Of a stretch of 64,000 nucleotides of DNA, positions 37,401 through 48,000 are shown piece after piece. Where the stretch lies: NCBI RefSeq assembly GCF_964355755.1, contig NC_092673.1:29013648-29077647 (forward strand), read 5' to 3'. The stretch comes from Antedon mediterranea. Lineage: Eukaryota > Animalia > Echinodermata. Made by a program: the position numbers and the translations under genes. The notes under the pieces were generated by a model. It was given only the letters and a program-made list of their open reading frames with translations. It was not told where the DNA came from and made no database searches. Each line of letters starts with the position of its first letter. Position 1 is the stretch's first letter.

Positions 37401-40400
37401 CCAGATGGAATATAAAACATGAAGTAACAAAAGTACAGTATATACCAATATGTTTGAACTGTTGACGTTAAAAAATCAATGAGAGCAAATAAGCGGAAAT
37501 CACCGAATTCCCTATAGGCTGATTGTTATATGTGCCCAACGTCAATAAAACCAAATAGTCGCGTGCCTCTACGATCTGTGACGGTGTACCATCATTGATC
37601 GTCTGCTAGCTGCAACACTGGCTAGTTCTCATTTGACGTTTATAAAGAAGTATGGCTTCTATTCACTATTAATGGCTGAGCAAATTTGTCGATGAAATAC
37701 GTCGATCAATTACTAATGACGACAAACGATCATCGAACGTTTAGAAAATTTGATCGTGCCTCTACGAGTAATTAACAGCTGACAGGAAATAATACACATT
37801 CACAAATCTTTAGAAATGGTTGATCTGTCTGCAATAGTATGCGCGTTAGATATGTGGTGTACGCGCACATTTTAAAGTACGCGAATAAAAAATGTGAAAC
37901 ATTTCATAAACATGCCTATTTTACTTCTCCTTATTCTTTGGTTGTAGGGTAGCAGACCAAAGACTTTACATAAAATATGTTTATGAGTTTGAAATACACA
38001 AAACCATGACGCAAGCATAAAGTAGTCCTAATTGATGACCAATGGCAAGCCACGGCTCCTCGGGGGTGAGTTGTCAAATGTTTCGTTTACGTCATTTTCT
38101 GTCGCGTCGTTGCTCCGACTTTCGACGCAACATTTAGCAACGGATACCGGTTCTCTTTAACATACGCGTACTTAAATACGTGATCGCTTATACTTTATAG
38201 TACACATTCTTAAATAATTAAACAGTCTATAGATTAATAGCCTCTTAGGTAGAATAATAGCTTTTGTTTGGTATCACTTCTTTAAACTATCAAATATCCA
38301 ACAAGGCGAGCAACTTAAGAGCATGTTCTTCGATCTTAAGTGAAAGGCAAAGATTATCAATAAGTTACCAATTGTTGAGTTGTCTGTTGATCGTGAAATA
38401 TATTAATTCGTCAAAGCATTCAAGCACAAAATGTTATAGCCCAACCTGCTTTTCCAAATTATTATACTTTAAAAAAAGAGAATACAGTACAGGGCTAGAA
38501 AAAAATGTTCTTCAATGAACGTTTTTATAAAACCTGTTAGAAAATTTCTCCTGCGTGCCATGACACATCAATGTTGTATTCGAATGTCTAATTGTTTTAA
38601 TTAATAAAGTATTTAATGTTTCCAAATTTGTAAAAATTACATCTTGGAAAATGATTTACTCGTGGTTAATTCATGTTATGCATAAACGTGTTTGGTGACG
38701 AGGACTCGGTGACTTTGGCTACACCTACGCATATTTCGTAACCGTCTTAACAAAGCTATTGCTAAAACTAGATATGAAGATGGGAGAATAATAAACAAAT
38801 ATAGGCCTATTTCTTACCGTCACGGTTCATATTGACATCGAGACATTTCTTGAATCGACAGGCTTGGCATTGGTTTCTTCTGGCGACATCAACGACACAG
38901 TTGCTGGACTCTTTGCATACGTAACCCAAGTTACGACGAACACTCCTCTTGAAGAAACCCCGGCAACCGTCACAACTGTAGACGCCGTAATGTCGCCCTG
39001 AGCTCCTGTCGCCACACACTTGACATAGAATTTCGGCTTTCTGACTAGGGCTTAGCTCTCCTGGACATTGTGTCAAATTCAATCCTTCAAGAAATAGAAA
39101 ACAATTCATAGATTTTGATAAAGCATTGCTTTAAAAAATCTGTTCCGTCGATCTTTTGACGAACTGCTTCTGAAGAAAATAAATATGGTAAGCAATTTAC
39201 CAACATTATTGACTGTTTTGATACCAATATACAATGATCACCGCAGTTTTCCGAAGTCAATTTTATACTATCTTTAGTACTAATTCTTTACATATTGTAA
39301 TAATTACATGTATTGAAAGGAAAGAGCAATTTTCCCCAATTCTTCAGATTCAATTAGACATAAAATTCAATTGTTGTTGATCTTTTTCTATGGGATTTGA
39401 CTGTTGGTGGTCTGATATCCGAGTTTTGCCAAATTGTTTTGAATTCATCAGTAATCCTAATTACAAAATGGATACATTCCCAATGTATTGATTATGACGC
39501 GTGATTTATAATTAACCAATTTCCTTAAAAAAATGAATTTCAACAGGATCAGTAAATTTTGAATAGATGTTTGTTTGGAACTCGTGTTCGATCGATTGCG
39601 TATTTAATCCAAATGTGTCAACATTTTTATCAACAACAAACGTAACAAAGCAACTCAATTAGGAAATCACAGTCACAAAGTCAAGTTTTTGTTGTTCCTA
39701 TACAAAATACTCTAAATCTGAATTTAATCAGATCATTTATATTGATCGCTATTTAACCGGAGCGCGTACCGCGTGCAAGCATTTCCCACGCTGTATCCCC
39801 GACTACTTGTCGATAAACCGACTACCGCTCAACTTCTCGCCTCTCTCTGATCAATCATGACAATACATAATTGAATTGTTTGTATAAAAGCTGCTATGTA
39901 GCCGATGCCGAATTCCAACAACGGTGAACAGACTTGTTTAATGTAAATATAAAACTCGATTGAGACAATAAGACATTCAGATTGAACTGTCGGCTGGTTT
40001 ATTCGGACTGTTTGTCTAGGCTTCATCTCCAAGGCTTATTTAACGCAAATTCTGTAAAAGTCGTCACTTTGCCAGACTTGTTTACCCCAGTTCAGCACAC
40101 GGTCACGTACATGGGCAAGAAAAAATGTTTTAAAATAGAAAATCTGTCAATATTCTAATTGTCTGTAATTTGATATTATCCATGGATATGATCGTCATCA
40201 GATTATTATTATTTCTTTTAAAAAGCAGAAGTATTACAACTAAAAATATCGATGTAAGGAATCATTTGAACTAAACTATTATATGAATGAGCAACCCGAC
40301 AAAAAATACCTAAATCATTTTCTCACTTATTATCATTAACTAATCAAAACAATAATTTGTAAATGCCGGCATAGAATAAAGGGGAGACGGGTGTAAAGAT

Positions 40401-41970
40401 TGGTTCCCACTAGGAGGCAACGCAAGGACGTAGACGCAACGCAAGCACATTGACCAATCACTCGAGGCTAATCAATCGCTTGTGATTGGTTATAACTTTG
40501 CGTTGCGCTTACGTCCTTGCGTTGCGTCCTATTGCAAACCATGTGCTCAGGATACACCAAAGGACCAAAATGAGCAATTCTTAGCGTTAATATAATTTTG
40601 TAAACAATTATGGTATTAATTTGTTCCGGTTGCTTTGGAACCTAACAGTGGTATACTGGTATCATTGCAACATTACTTAATAGATTAAGTAAACAATGAT
40701 TAATTATGTTATCTTGTGATATCTATCTAATGATCAAGGTGCTGGAGTGTAACAGCTGGTAGGCCTATACAATACGATCACATCCGCAAGCAGCAAGTAA
40801 CGTTTACATAATTTAGTACACTCATGGAGAAACAAGTGTTTTACCCGTGGCGAAATGTACTACTGTAGGCCTATATTCATTTTGTTGAGCTATCAACATT
40901 TTCAATTATAGCTGATAATATTTTTGGCTGTGGTTTTTCCACCTACGATGATGCCCTGGTCGAACTGCGCTTAGATTGATTGATAGACGTCGAGAACCTT
41001 ATTTCCCAAAAGCCTCTGTAGAGATTCTTCTAGAACACATGTTTTTTTTTTTATCTTACAACCCTTTTTATAATACTAGGGATAGACACACGTTTGTTGA
41101 AACTCATTGTGATACCAAATGTCATTTTTGCAGTCTCGTTCCATATTTGATTAGTTTTAAATCAATAATTTGTAATTTTGCCTTTTAATGTAGTTTTACT
41201 CTTTCTTCATATATGTATTTTGATGTTCAAATTTAGTTTTTTATGACCTATAGCAGTATTTTTTTTATAAAGTAATTTTAACCAATTTTATACATATTTT
41301 GTAAATTTAAACGCAATTCGGCATTTTTACTGCCATGTTTTTATATTTTTTAATAACATGTCTGTCTAGTGCAATTTAGAAACACCCAACCAGAATTTAA
41401 GCAAAGCCTTCTAATCTAATTTATTTATTTCAACAATATTTGGCAAGATTAATTTTCATTTAGCCTACTTTTCATGTGAAACTGCTTGTATTCGGGTCCA
41501 TGGTTTTATCAACAGTAGTTTGGTTGTCATGTACCCGAGGTTTGAACTTATTGGTACCACGACTAAAAATACATGATGGTTGTGTAAACGAGAGAGATCG
41601 ATATAGGCGTGACAAAAATAACCAGGCCTACATGCCTATTCTAATAGTTGGACTTAAATTTTAAAAAAAATATTTGGAAATCAGCAATGGTCTAGTGTTG
41701 AATATGTTGATGCCAACTAAACGTTGATTATAAAATCCATTAAAAGATAATTTATGATACACAATAATTAGAAGGCCTATCTAAACTTATCAACAAAATC
41801 ATTACAAACGTAACTTCAGTGTGTATATTATATTTAAAATAATTCGCTTCAAATTAAAAGTTTATAAAAAAGGTATGTATTAGTTATGCTCAGCAAGTTA
41901 GGTATAATTGAAAAGAAACTTTTTAATAACAATACGAATTGTTTATCAACTTACCGATAGATTCCTCCAT
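31450..41970 (-). CDS. Nuclear receptor of subfamily 2E, most like NR2E6/PNR-like (P-box CDGCRG), 6 exons, 399 aa
   Basis: Exons 41970-41955 (MEESI, least certain), 39084-38818 (C4 zinc-finger DBD), 34017-33724 ([10 protein letters not shown]-box), 33381-33169, 32379-32212 and 31691-31450 (LBD ending [10 protein letters not shown]) are all in phase (1200 nt). Confidence 0.92.
31775..32112. repeat. Local tandem duplication, 2 x ~170 bp, in the last intron of the receptor gene
   Basis: TGTTGGGAAGAATTTCTAAAATAGATTATC...GTGGTTTGTTG occurs at 31775 and 31945 with few mismatches. Confidence 0.92.
32580..32931. mobile_element. Two family-B-related MITEs in inverted, tail-to-tail arrangement
   Basis: GCGTGGTTCCCACTAGAACGCAACGCA starts at 32580 and its reverse complement ends at 32931. 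Interiors 32600-32760 and 32770-32920 are reverse complements of each other. Confidence 0.85.
35570..35935. mobile_element. Dispersed repeat ending ...GGGGACAATACATCT-TTAA (Kolobok-like end)
   Basis: Homologous to 26270-26468 in the same orientation and to 54700-55002 in reverse orientation. It has an internal ~105-bp duplication. Confidence 0.65.
35980..36158. mobile_element. MITE family B (TIR AGCGTGGTTCCCACTAG, TSD TTA; PIF/Harbinger-like), representative copy
   Basis: 17-bp TIR with TTA on both sides. Other copies lie at about 23682-23858, 34107-34257, 34262-34418, 35339-35464, 40400-40541 and 43139-43190 (partial). Confidence 0.88.
37019..37176. mobile_element. MITE family C (TIR AGGCCAACTCAG, TSD TAA)
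   Basis: 12-bp TIR flanked by TAA on both sides. A related left end occurs at 50030. Confidence 0.75.
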
Positions 41971-43805
41971 TTAGAAAAAAAACCAGTAATTAATTATCCT
42001 ATTTAGCTATAATTACATCAGACACAACGCGTGTAGGCCTAAGTAATTAATTCGTCTTCCGTCCGAGTTTGTGTCCATTTACACGGGTTACTGAGCCCAG
42101 ACTAACATAAATATAGAACACTGTATGATCACACTTTTAACCGTGTGAATTGCACAGATGCGTCTTGTCCTGCTCTCTAATTGACTGAATCCACAAACAC
42201 CGTTTGTTAGCCTATTGTTCTTTCACTGTTATCGATTACCAAAGATTAACTAGATGTCAATTGATTGCGGATACAGAACAATTAATATATTGAACAAAAT
42301 CTAAGAATTATAGATTTTGCTATCAGTGGTACCTGCGTGAATAAGTAATTTTCGTACCCATTTGAGCTCACGCGAGGATCCTTTCATCATGCATGAGCCA
42401 GAACCGGTTATTGTACTTTGCTTTAGGCCTATGTTTAATTGTTATTCTATTTTATACTATACTCTCCACCCAGGCCCGTAACCAGGGGGGTATCGGGGGG
42501 ATCGAGTTCCGCTTGGCCTCCCACTTTTTTTTTTGCTGGGCATACTAACACAACACTACGATTGTTTACTACAGGCCTAGGCATAAGACATAAGAATATA
42601 AAATATATTTTAACTAAAATATAAAAACCTAACACTAAAGTTTACAAGATAAATTTTATTTGATAACTGCTGAACATCGTGGTTCTGGAGCTAGCCGTAC
42701 ACAGAGCATAGTTGTTTGCTTGACATAAAAGGGTATTCCCCTACATATAGGTCTCCGCGGCGTGCGTGTGACGTGCCCAGCCAGCTGCTTGGTAGAGAAA
42801 GCATGGAGCTCACCCAAGTGCAAGATGCAATGGTTGAGTGAATTCAGGGATCATCTTAATTCCATGGTTTGTTACCTAAACACCACATGATGGTGAATAT
42901 GCCTGTTAAAGTCTCAATGATACGATCCCTTAATGTACCATGTTGTTGCTAGGAGGCATTAAAAGGAGGAGGGATCTAGCCTAGTTTCGGTTGGCAAGAG
43001 TTACGGCCCTGTCCACCCCCCTCTCACTCCGTCTACAATAAATAAATAAAACCATTAAAAAAACAATAGGCGGCCGCTACGTAAGCCTGCGCTGTATTTT
43101 GTGACAAGACATTATTTGCGGGGTTTTCCCCATAAAAATTGGTTCCCACACTAACGCAAGTACACAGTAGGCCTAATTTGACCAATCACGAGGAAGTACA
43201 AACTCGAACAGTCCCCAGCTATTCCGATCAATTCTATCATCCAGACGTACGGTAGTTGAAAAGTCGACCGTGCTTCATCTACCAATCTGGTATATTTTTA
43301 TACCTCATGACGACGTGGGGTTCCCCTCCCGCGGCCCAACCAACCTTTGACACGTACGTACATGGAGAATTGTCACGCTTGAATGGAGCAGGTACTTTTT
43401 AACAGCAGCAGTTTGTTTGTAACTAAACATTAATAAGTATATTAAATATGATTATTATTTTGAGCTTGTACAATTCATATAACATATAATGATATGCTAG
43501 ACTATATATATGGGCCCGCTAGTACTACTACTACTAGTAGTAGTAGTAGGCCTACTACTACTACTAGCTAGCTAGCTAGCTAGCTAGGTAGGCCTGTAAA
43601 CTTCTCTATCCAGCTAGCTTATTTAGATAGCTAGGCCTAGGCCTAAAGAGTATAGGCCTAGGTCAAAGAGCGGAGGCTAGTAATGATATTAGATTAGACT
43701 AGTTTTTGCATTTTAAAATTAATCTTTACTTACTATATACTAAAAAATTTACACATATTTTCATTTGTATATTTTATATTTAAAAATGAATTTTATGAAT
43801 AAAAA

Positions 43806-44650
43806 TGTTATGCGCGATTTGAACGATTTGCGCAATTTGAAATTGCGCAAAAAAAATCCTTGCGCAATTTGAATTGAAACATGTGTTTCAAATTGCGCAA
43901 GCAACGTATTAAATTGCGCAAGTAATCTGCAAACTGCGCAAGGTTTTTCGACAGATTGTGAAATCATGCACACCCATATTTATATAGTAATTTCTAAGAA
44001 TGATTCAAAATTAAAGATAAATATCGCATTTCCTTATTTTAGTAGTGCAAATATTGTTATAAGTTAGCATACCGTCGAAGAACCGACGAAGGAAAACGAA
44101 GCGGTGGTGTTCCACCAGGCGGGCGCGGCGCGGGCGGCCGGCTATACTACTCTAGCCTAGCTAGGGTCTGGACTACTGATACTGACTAGGTTACATGCCC
44201 TAGCTTAAACTAATATTAAAAACTTAATTTTTACATTTATTTTGATTTATTTCAAGTTACAGTGATAATATTATTTAATTGTAATAATAAATGTTATGTA
44301 TTTATTATACACATGTTATCTTCGCATTTATTATGTTTTATTTTGAGTTATTTAGTTTCCAATAAATTATTATAATACCGATTGTAGTTCGTTTTCAAAT
44401 TGCGCAAAGGTGTCATATTGCGCAAGAACTATCTTGCGCAATTTACAAATTGTGCAGCGCAATTTAAAATTGCGCAAAGATTTTCTTGCGCAATTTGAAA
44501 TTGCGCAAGTTGATTGCGCAATTTGAAATTGCGCAAAAAAATCCTTGCGCAATTTTAAATTGCGCAAGAATTCTTTGCGCAATTTCAAATTGCGCAAGGA
44601 TTTTTTGGCGCAATTTCAAATTGCGCAAATCGTTCAAATCGCGCATAACA
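43806..44650. mobile_element. Foldback-type non-autonomous DNA transposon (TGT...ACA ends) with TTGCGCAA palindrome arrays
   Basis: 43-bp perfect TIR (TGTTATGCGCGATTTGAACGATTTGCGCAATTTGAAATTGCGC) extending imperfectly to about 68 bp, AAAA on both flanks, and subterminal repeats TTGCGCAATTTNAAATTGCGCAA. Confidence 0.85.
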
Positions 44651-44788
44651 AAAATACTGTAAGATGAGGGCGTATCAATTTGATCTCTGGTGCGCGTGCG
44701 TACAACTGAGGACTAGTGCTGTTCCGCCGTACCACGCCGAGAATGTTAAAGAGTCGCTATCCAATCGAGTTTGAACAATACCATGAAA

Positions 44789-44860
44789 GCCCCAGTGGTC
44801 TAATGGTTAGGACATCTGCATATCAAGCAGGCGGTCCGAGTTCGAGTCTCGGTTGGGGCG
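44789..44860 (+). tRNA. tRNA-like gene with anticodon ATC (nominally Asp), inside a repeated mobile unit; copy 1
   Basis: 72-nt cloverleaf: acceptor GCCCCAG/TTGGGGC, D stem GTCT/GGAC, anticodon stem TCTGC/GCAGG with loop ATATCAA, T stem CCGAG/CTCGG with loop TTCGAGT and discriminator G. A TTTTT terminator starts at 44863. Confidence 0.7.
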
Positions 44861-45014
44861 ACTTTTTCTCATTCTCACAGATTTCCTTATCTTTATCGTT
44901 TCAAATTAATTAATTAAATTTCAGTATATCACCGGGCGGTTTAGAATTAATGTTCTTTGCCTGATTTGTTTATATATTTTATATTTTATATATTTAAAAA
45001 AAGGAGATAAAAGA

Positions 45015-48000
45015 ATGAATTGTTTAAAGAAGAGCCAGAGTGCATCATGGGATGCATTATTACAACACGTTTCTGAGGCTGTAGTGTTCCTTGATGATTT
45101 CAGTGCCGAGTGTCTTCATTGGTCTATTAGTGTCGACTCTGTTTTTAATGCAGGAGCAATCGCTATCAAAGATTTTAATGCATTTGAGGTGATACTATAA
45201 TTTACACCACATCATCTTCTTTATTATAATCATCATTTGTCATGTGTCATCATCTTTATCATAATCATCATTTGTCATGTGTCATCAACTTTATCATAAT
45301 CATTATTATCAATTTGTTATGCATCATCATCAATATCATTATTATTTATCTGATCATCTTCACTATATCATTGCTATATTACATTAGTATTTCATTGACA
45401 TATCAATCAAAATGTTGAATTTAAATCTGTTAATTTATTCATCAAACATCTGACCAATTAGCTGAATACTAAGGCAAACATCTGACCAATTAGAGGAATA
45501 CTAGGGCAAACATCTGACCAATCAAAGGAATACTAGGGCAAACATCTGACCAATTAGAGAATTTGAGAAATACTGATAGTCATCCATCAATTATTATTTT
45601 AGTGTGGAGAAAAAGGAGACACAAAAGCAGTGTTTGTGCTAAGCAGACAACTAAACAATGATGTTCAGGATACCATTTGTGACATTGTAGAGGCTAGTCA
45701 GTTTCACGACTGTACTGTCATTTGTACGAGCAAGCCAATTGTTAATCAACAAAATGCCGGCGAAAAAACAGTATTTAAGCAAATTCAGCAACGCATCGAG
45801 TACTATATGAAGTATAAGGTGAGATGAAAATTAATCTTGAAACATTTTTAGCATTTGAGTAATTTGTTAATAAAGTATAAACCTCAAACTTAATGTGACA
45901 AAAAATGTGATGGACACAATGACGATATCACTACCATATTTGGGCACATCACACTTTTTTTGTCAAACTAGTTTGATAGTGTAGACAGAGCTTAACCAGC
46001 TAAACAAAATTAAGACGATGTATTTTTGTTGCAGTATGCTCGATGTAGCGTATCTTTTCTACCATTGATTGACTTCAGTGTTTGTTCTAATCTGTTTATT
46101 GTACCAGCTTTTTCTAAACTTTTTCCGATGTTTACAACAGACTTGAGGAAGATTAAAGGTTTGTCCTCTAAGGTGAGTTAAAGCAGCGGCATAGGGTGGG
46201 TTGCGTTTGAGCGTTTAATATCTATTTTTGTTAGATTGTTAATATTAGTGCTCCCCCTCCTTTTTTTTAACATTCGGGATTGGTCAGTGAGTTCTATTTC
46301 CATCCATTCCACGCACAGGTAAAAAGAACTAAAATTAGCATTGTAACAGAAATTAGCCCTCTAATTTAAAAAAATGTAATTAATTAATATTCATAAATTT
46401 GTTTGTTAACAAAAACAGCAATAATAGAAGTCTTATTTTTAATTACTCCAGACTGGTGAACATAGTGATTCAGATGTTGATGTTTATTTTGAAATGTTAC
46501 CACCTGAAATGCAGACAGAATATAAAGTATGTATCATGATTCTTTATAAGTCTAACTGATCTATCTTATTCTGATTTAATTGATCTATCTTATTCTGATT
46601 TAACTGATCTATCTTATTCTGATTTAACTGATCTATCTTATTCTGATTTAACTGATCTATCTTATTCTGATTTAACTGATCTATCTTATTCTGATTTAAC
46701 TGATCAATCTTAACTGATTTAACTGATCAATCTTATTCTGATTTAACTGATCTATCTTATTTTGATTTAACTGATCTATCTTATTCTGACTTAAATGTTA
46801 TGAGCTATTTACTACCAGATTAGATCCTGAAATGAAAGCACTCAGAAACTGAGTGAAGTACTTGGCAAAATATTTCAGAGAAAAATTTTCCAGAAAAAGG
46901 TAGCCATGTTTTGTAATTGTATACCTACAGTATTAACACCCAAACACTCAGGACAATAACTTAAAAATTGTAGGTGCTATTGTGCTAGCAATCAAACAAA
47001 GCAAGTATTATACTTGATAAAATCAAATACATTTTTTGTAGCATATGTATGATTTGAATTCTAAAGACTTCACCGCTAGTTATTTACTTGATTTTGTTGA
47101 TGATCTATCCACCAACGTTTAATAAAATCGATACATTTTTTGTAGCATATGTATGATTTGAATGCTAAAGACTCACTGCCTACACCAAGGGTATGCTAGT
47201 TATTTGCTTGATTTTGTTGATGATCTCCCCACCAATGTTATCAATTGATCCATGAAGCCACCTCATGTAAATAAGTAAGCCTAATGTGTCCCAATAAACT
47301 TATTTTTTTACTATAAAAATTGCACTGCTAAACTATTTCAAAGTGTTTTCCTTTTTATTTTCAGTTGATGATTTCTTATCTTGATGATTTGTGTGAAAGA
47401 TTGGAAATAAATGAAGACATCTACTGCATTGGAGCAACAAGTCAACAGATTGCCACACAACTAGCGGCATTGCCATCTGCTAAGCTAAGAAGAAAGGTAT
47501 GTACTGTACTTCTTAAAATGCAAATGTTTATAAAACAAAACTACACATTTTAGGTGTACTCTTATGTTTATTTCTTAAATATATAATATAATTCTTCCAT
47601 GATACAATCATATTGAGAATACTACTGTGTTTGTAAAATGTCTCTCTTTACACCTTAAGGCTCTGTCCACACTATCAAACTAGTTTATCAAAAAAAGTGT
47701 GATGTGCCCAAATATGGTGTACATTAAGTTTGATATTGTAGACAGATTATGATTATGACAATATTTATTTGCAGACCGCATCGAAGCGAGCATCATTAGT
47801 TGTGCTTGACAGAACACTGGATCTTGCAGGGCCAGTCAGTCACGCCTCTGAAACGATAGCTGATAAAATCTTTGAGTTTCTAACCAGATTAAAAGGTCAT
47901 ACGACAGATGTTTCAATCGACATGTCCATGCTGTGTTCAAACGAAAGGTAACATTATATTATTATTAGGAATCACTTTACAATATTTTATGTTCATCCAT

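Noticed and set aside
43761-44646. ORFs at 43761, 44370 and 44464 with LRNFKLR repeats
   Set aside because: They are translations of the TTGCGCAA palindrome array, not genes.
44706-44760. CTGAGGA as a possible hammerhead ribozyme core upstream of the tRNA-like gene
   Set aside because: I could not find a stem II followed by GAAA or a closing stem III.
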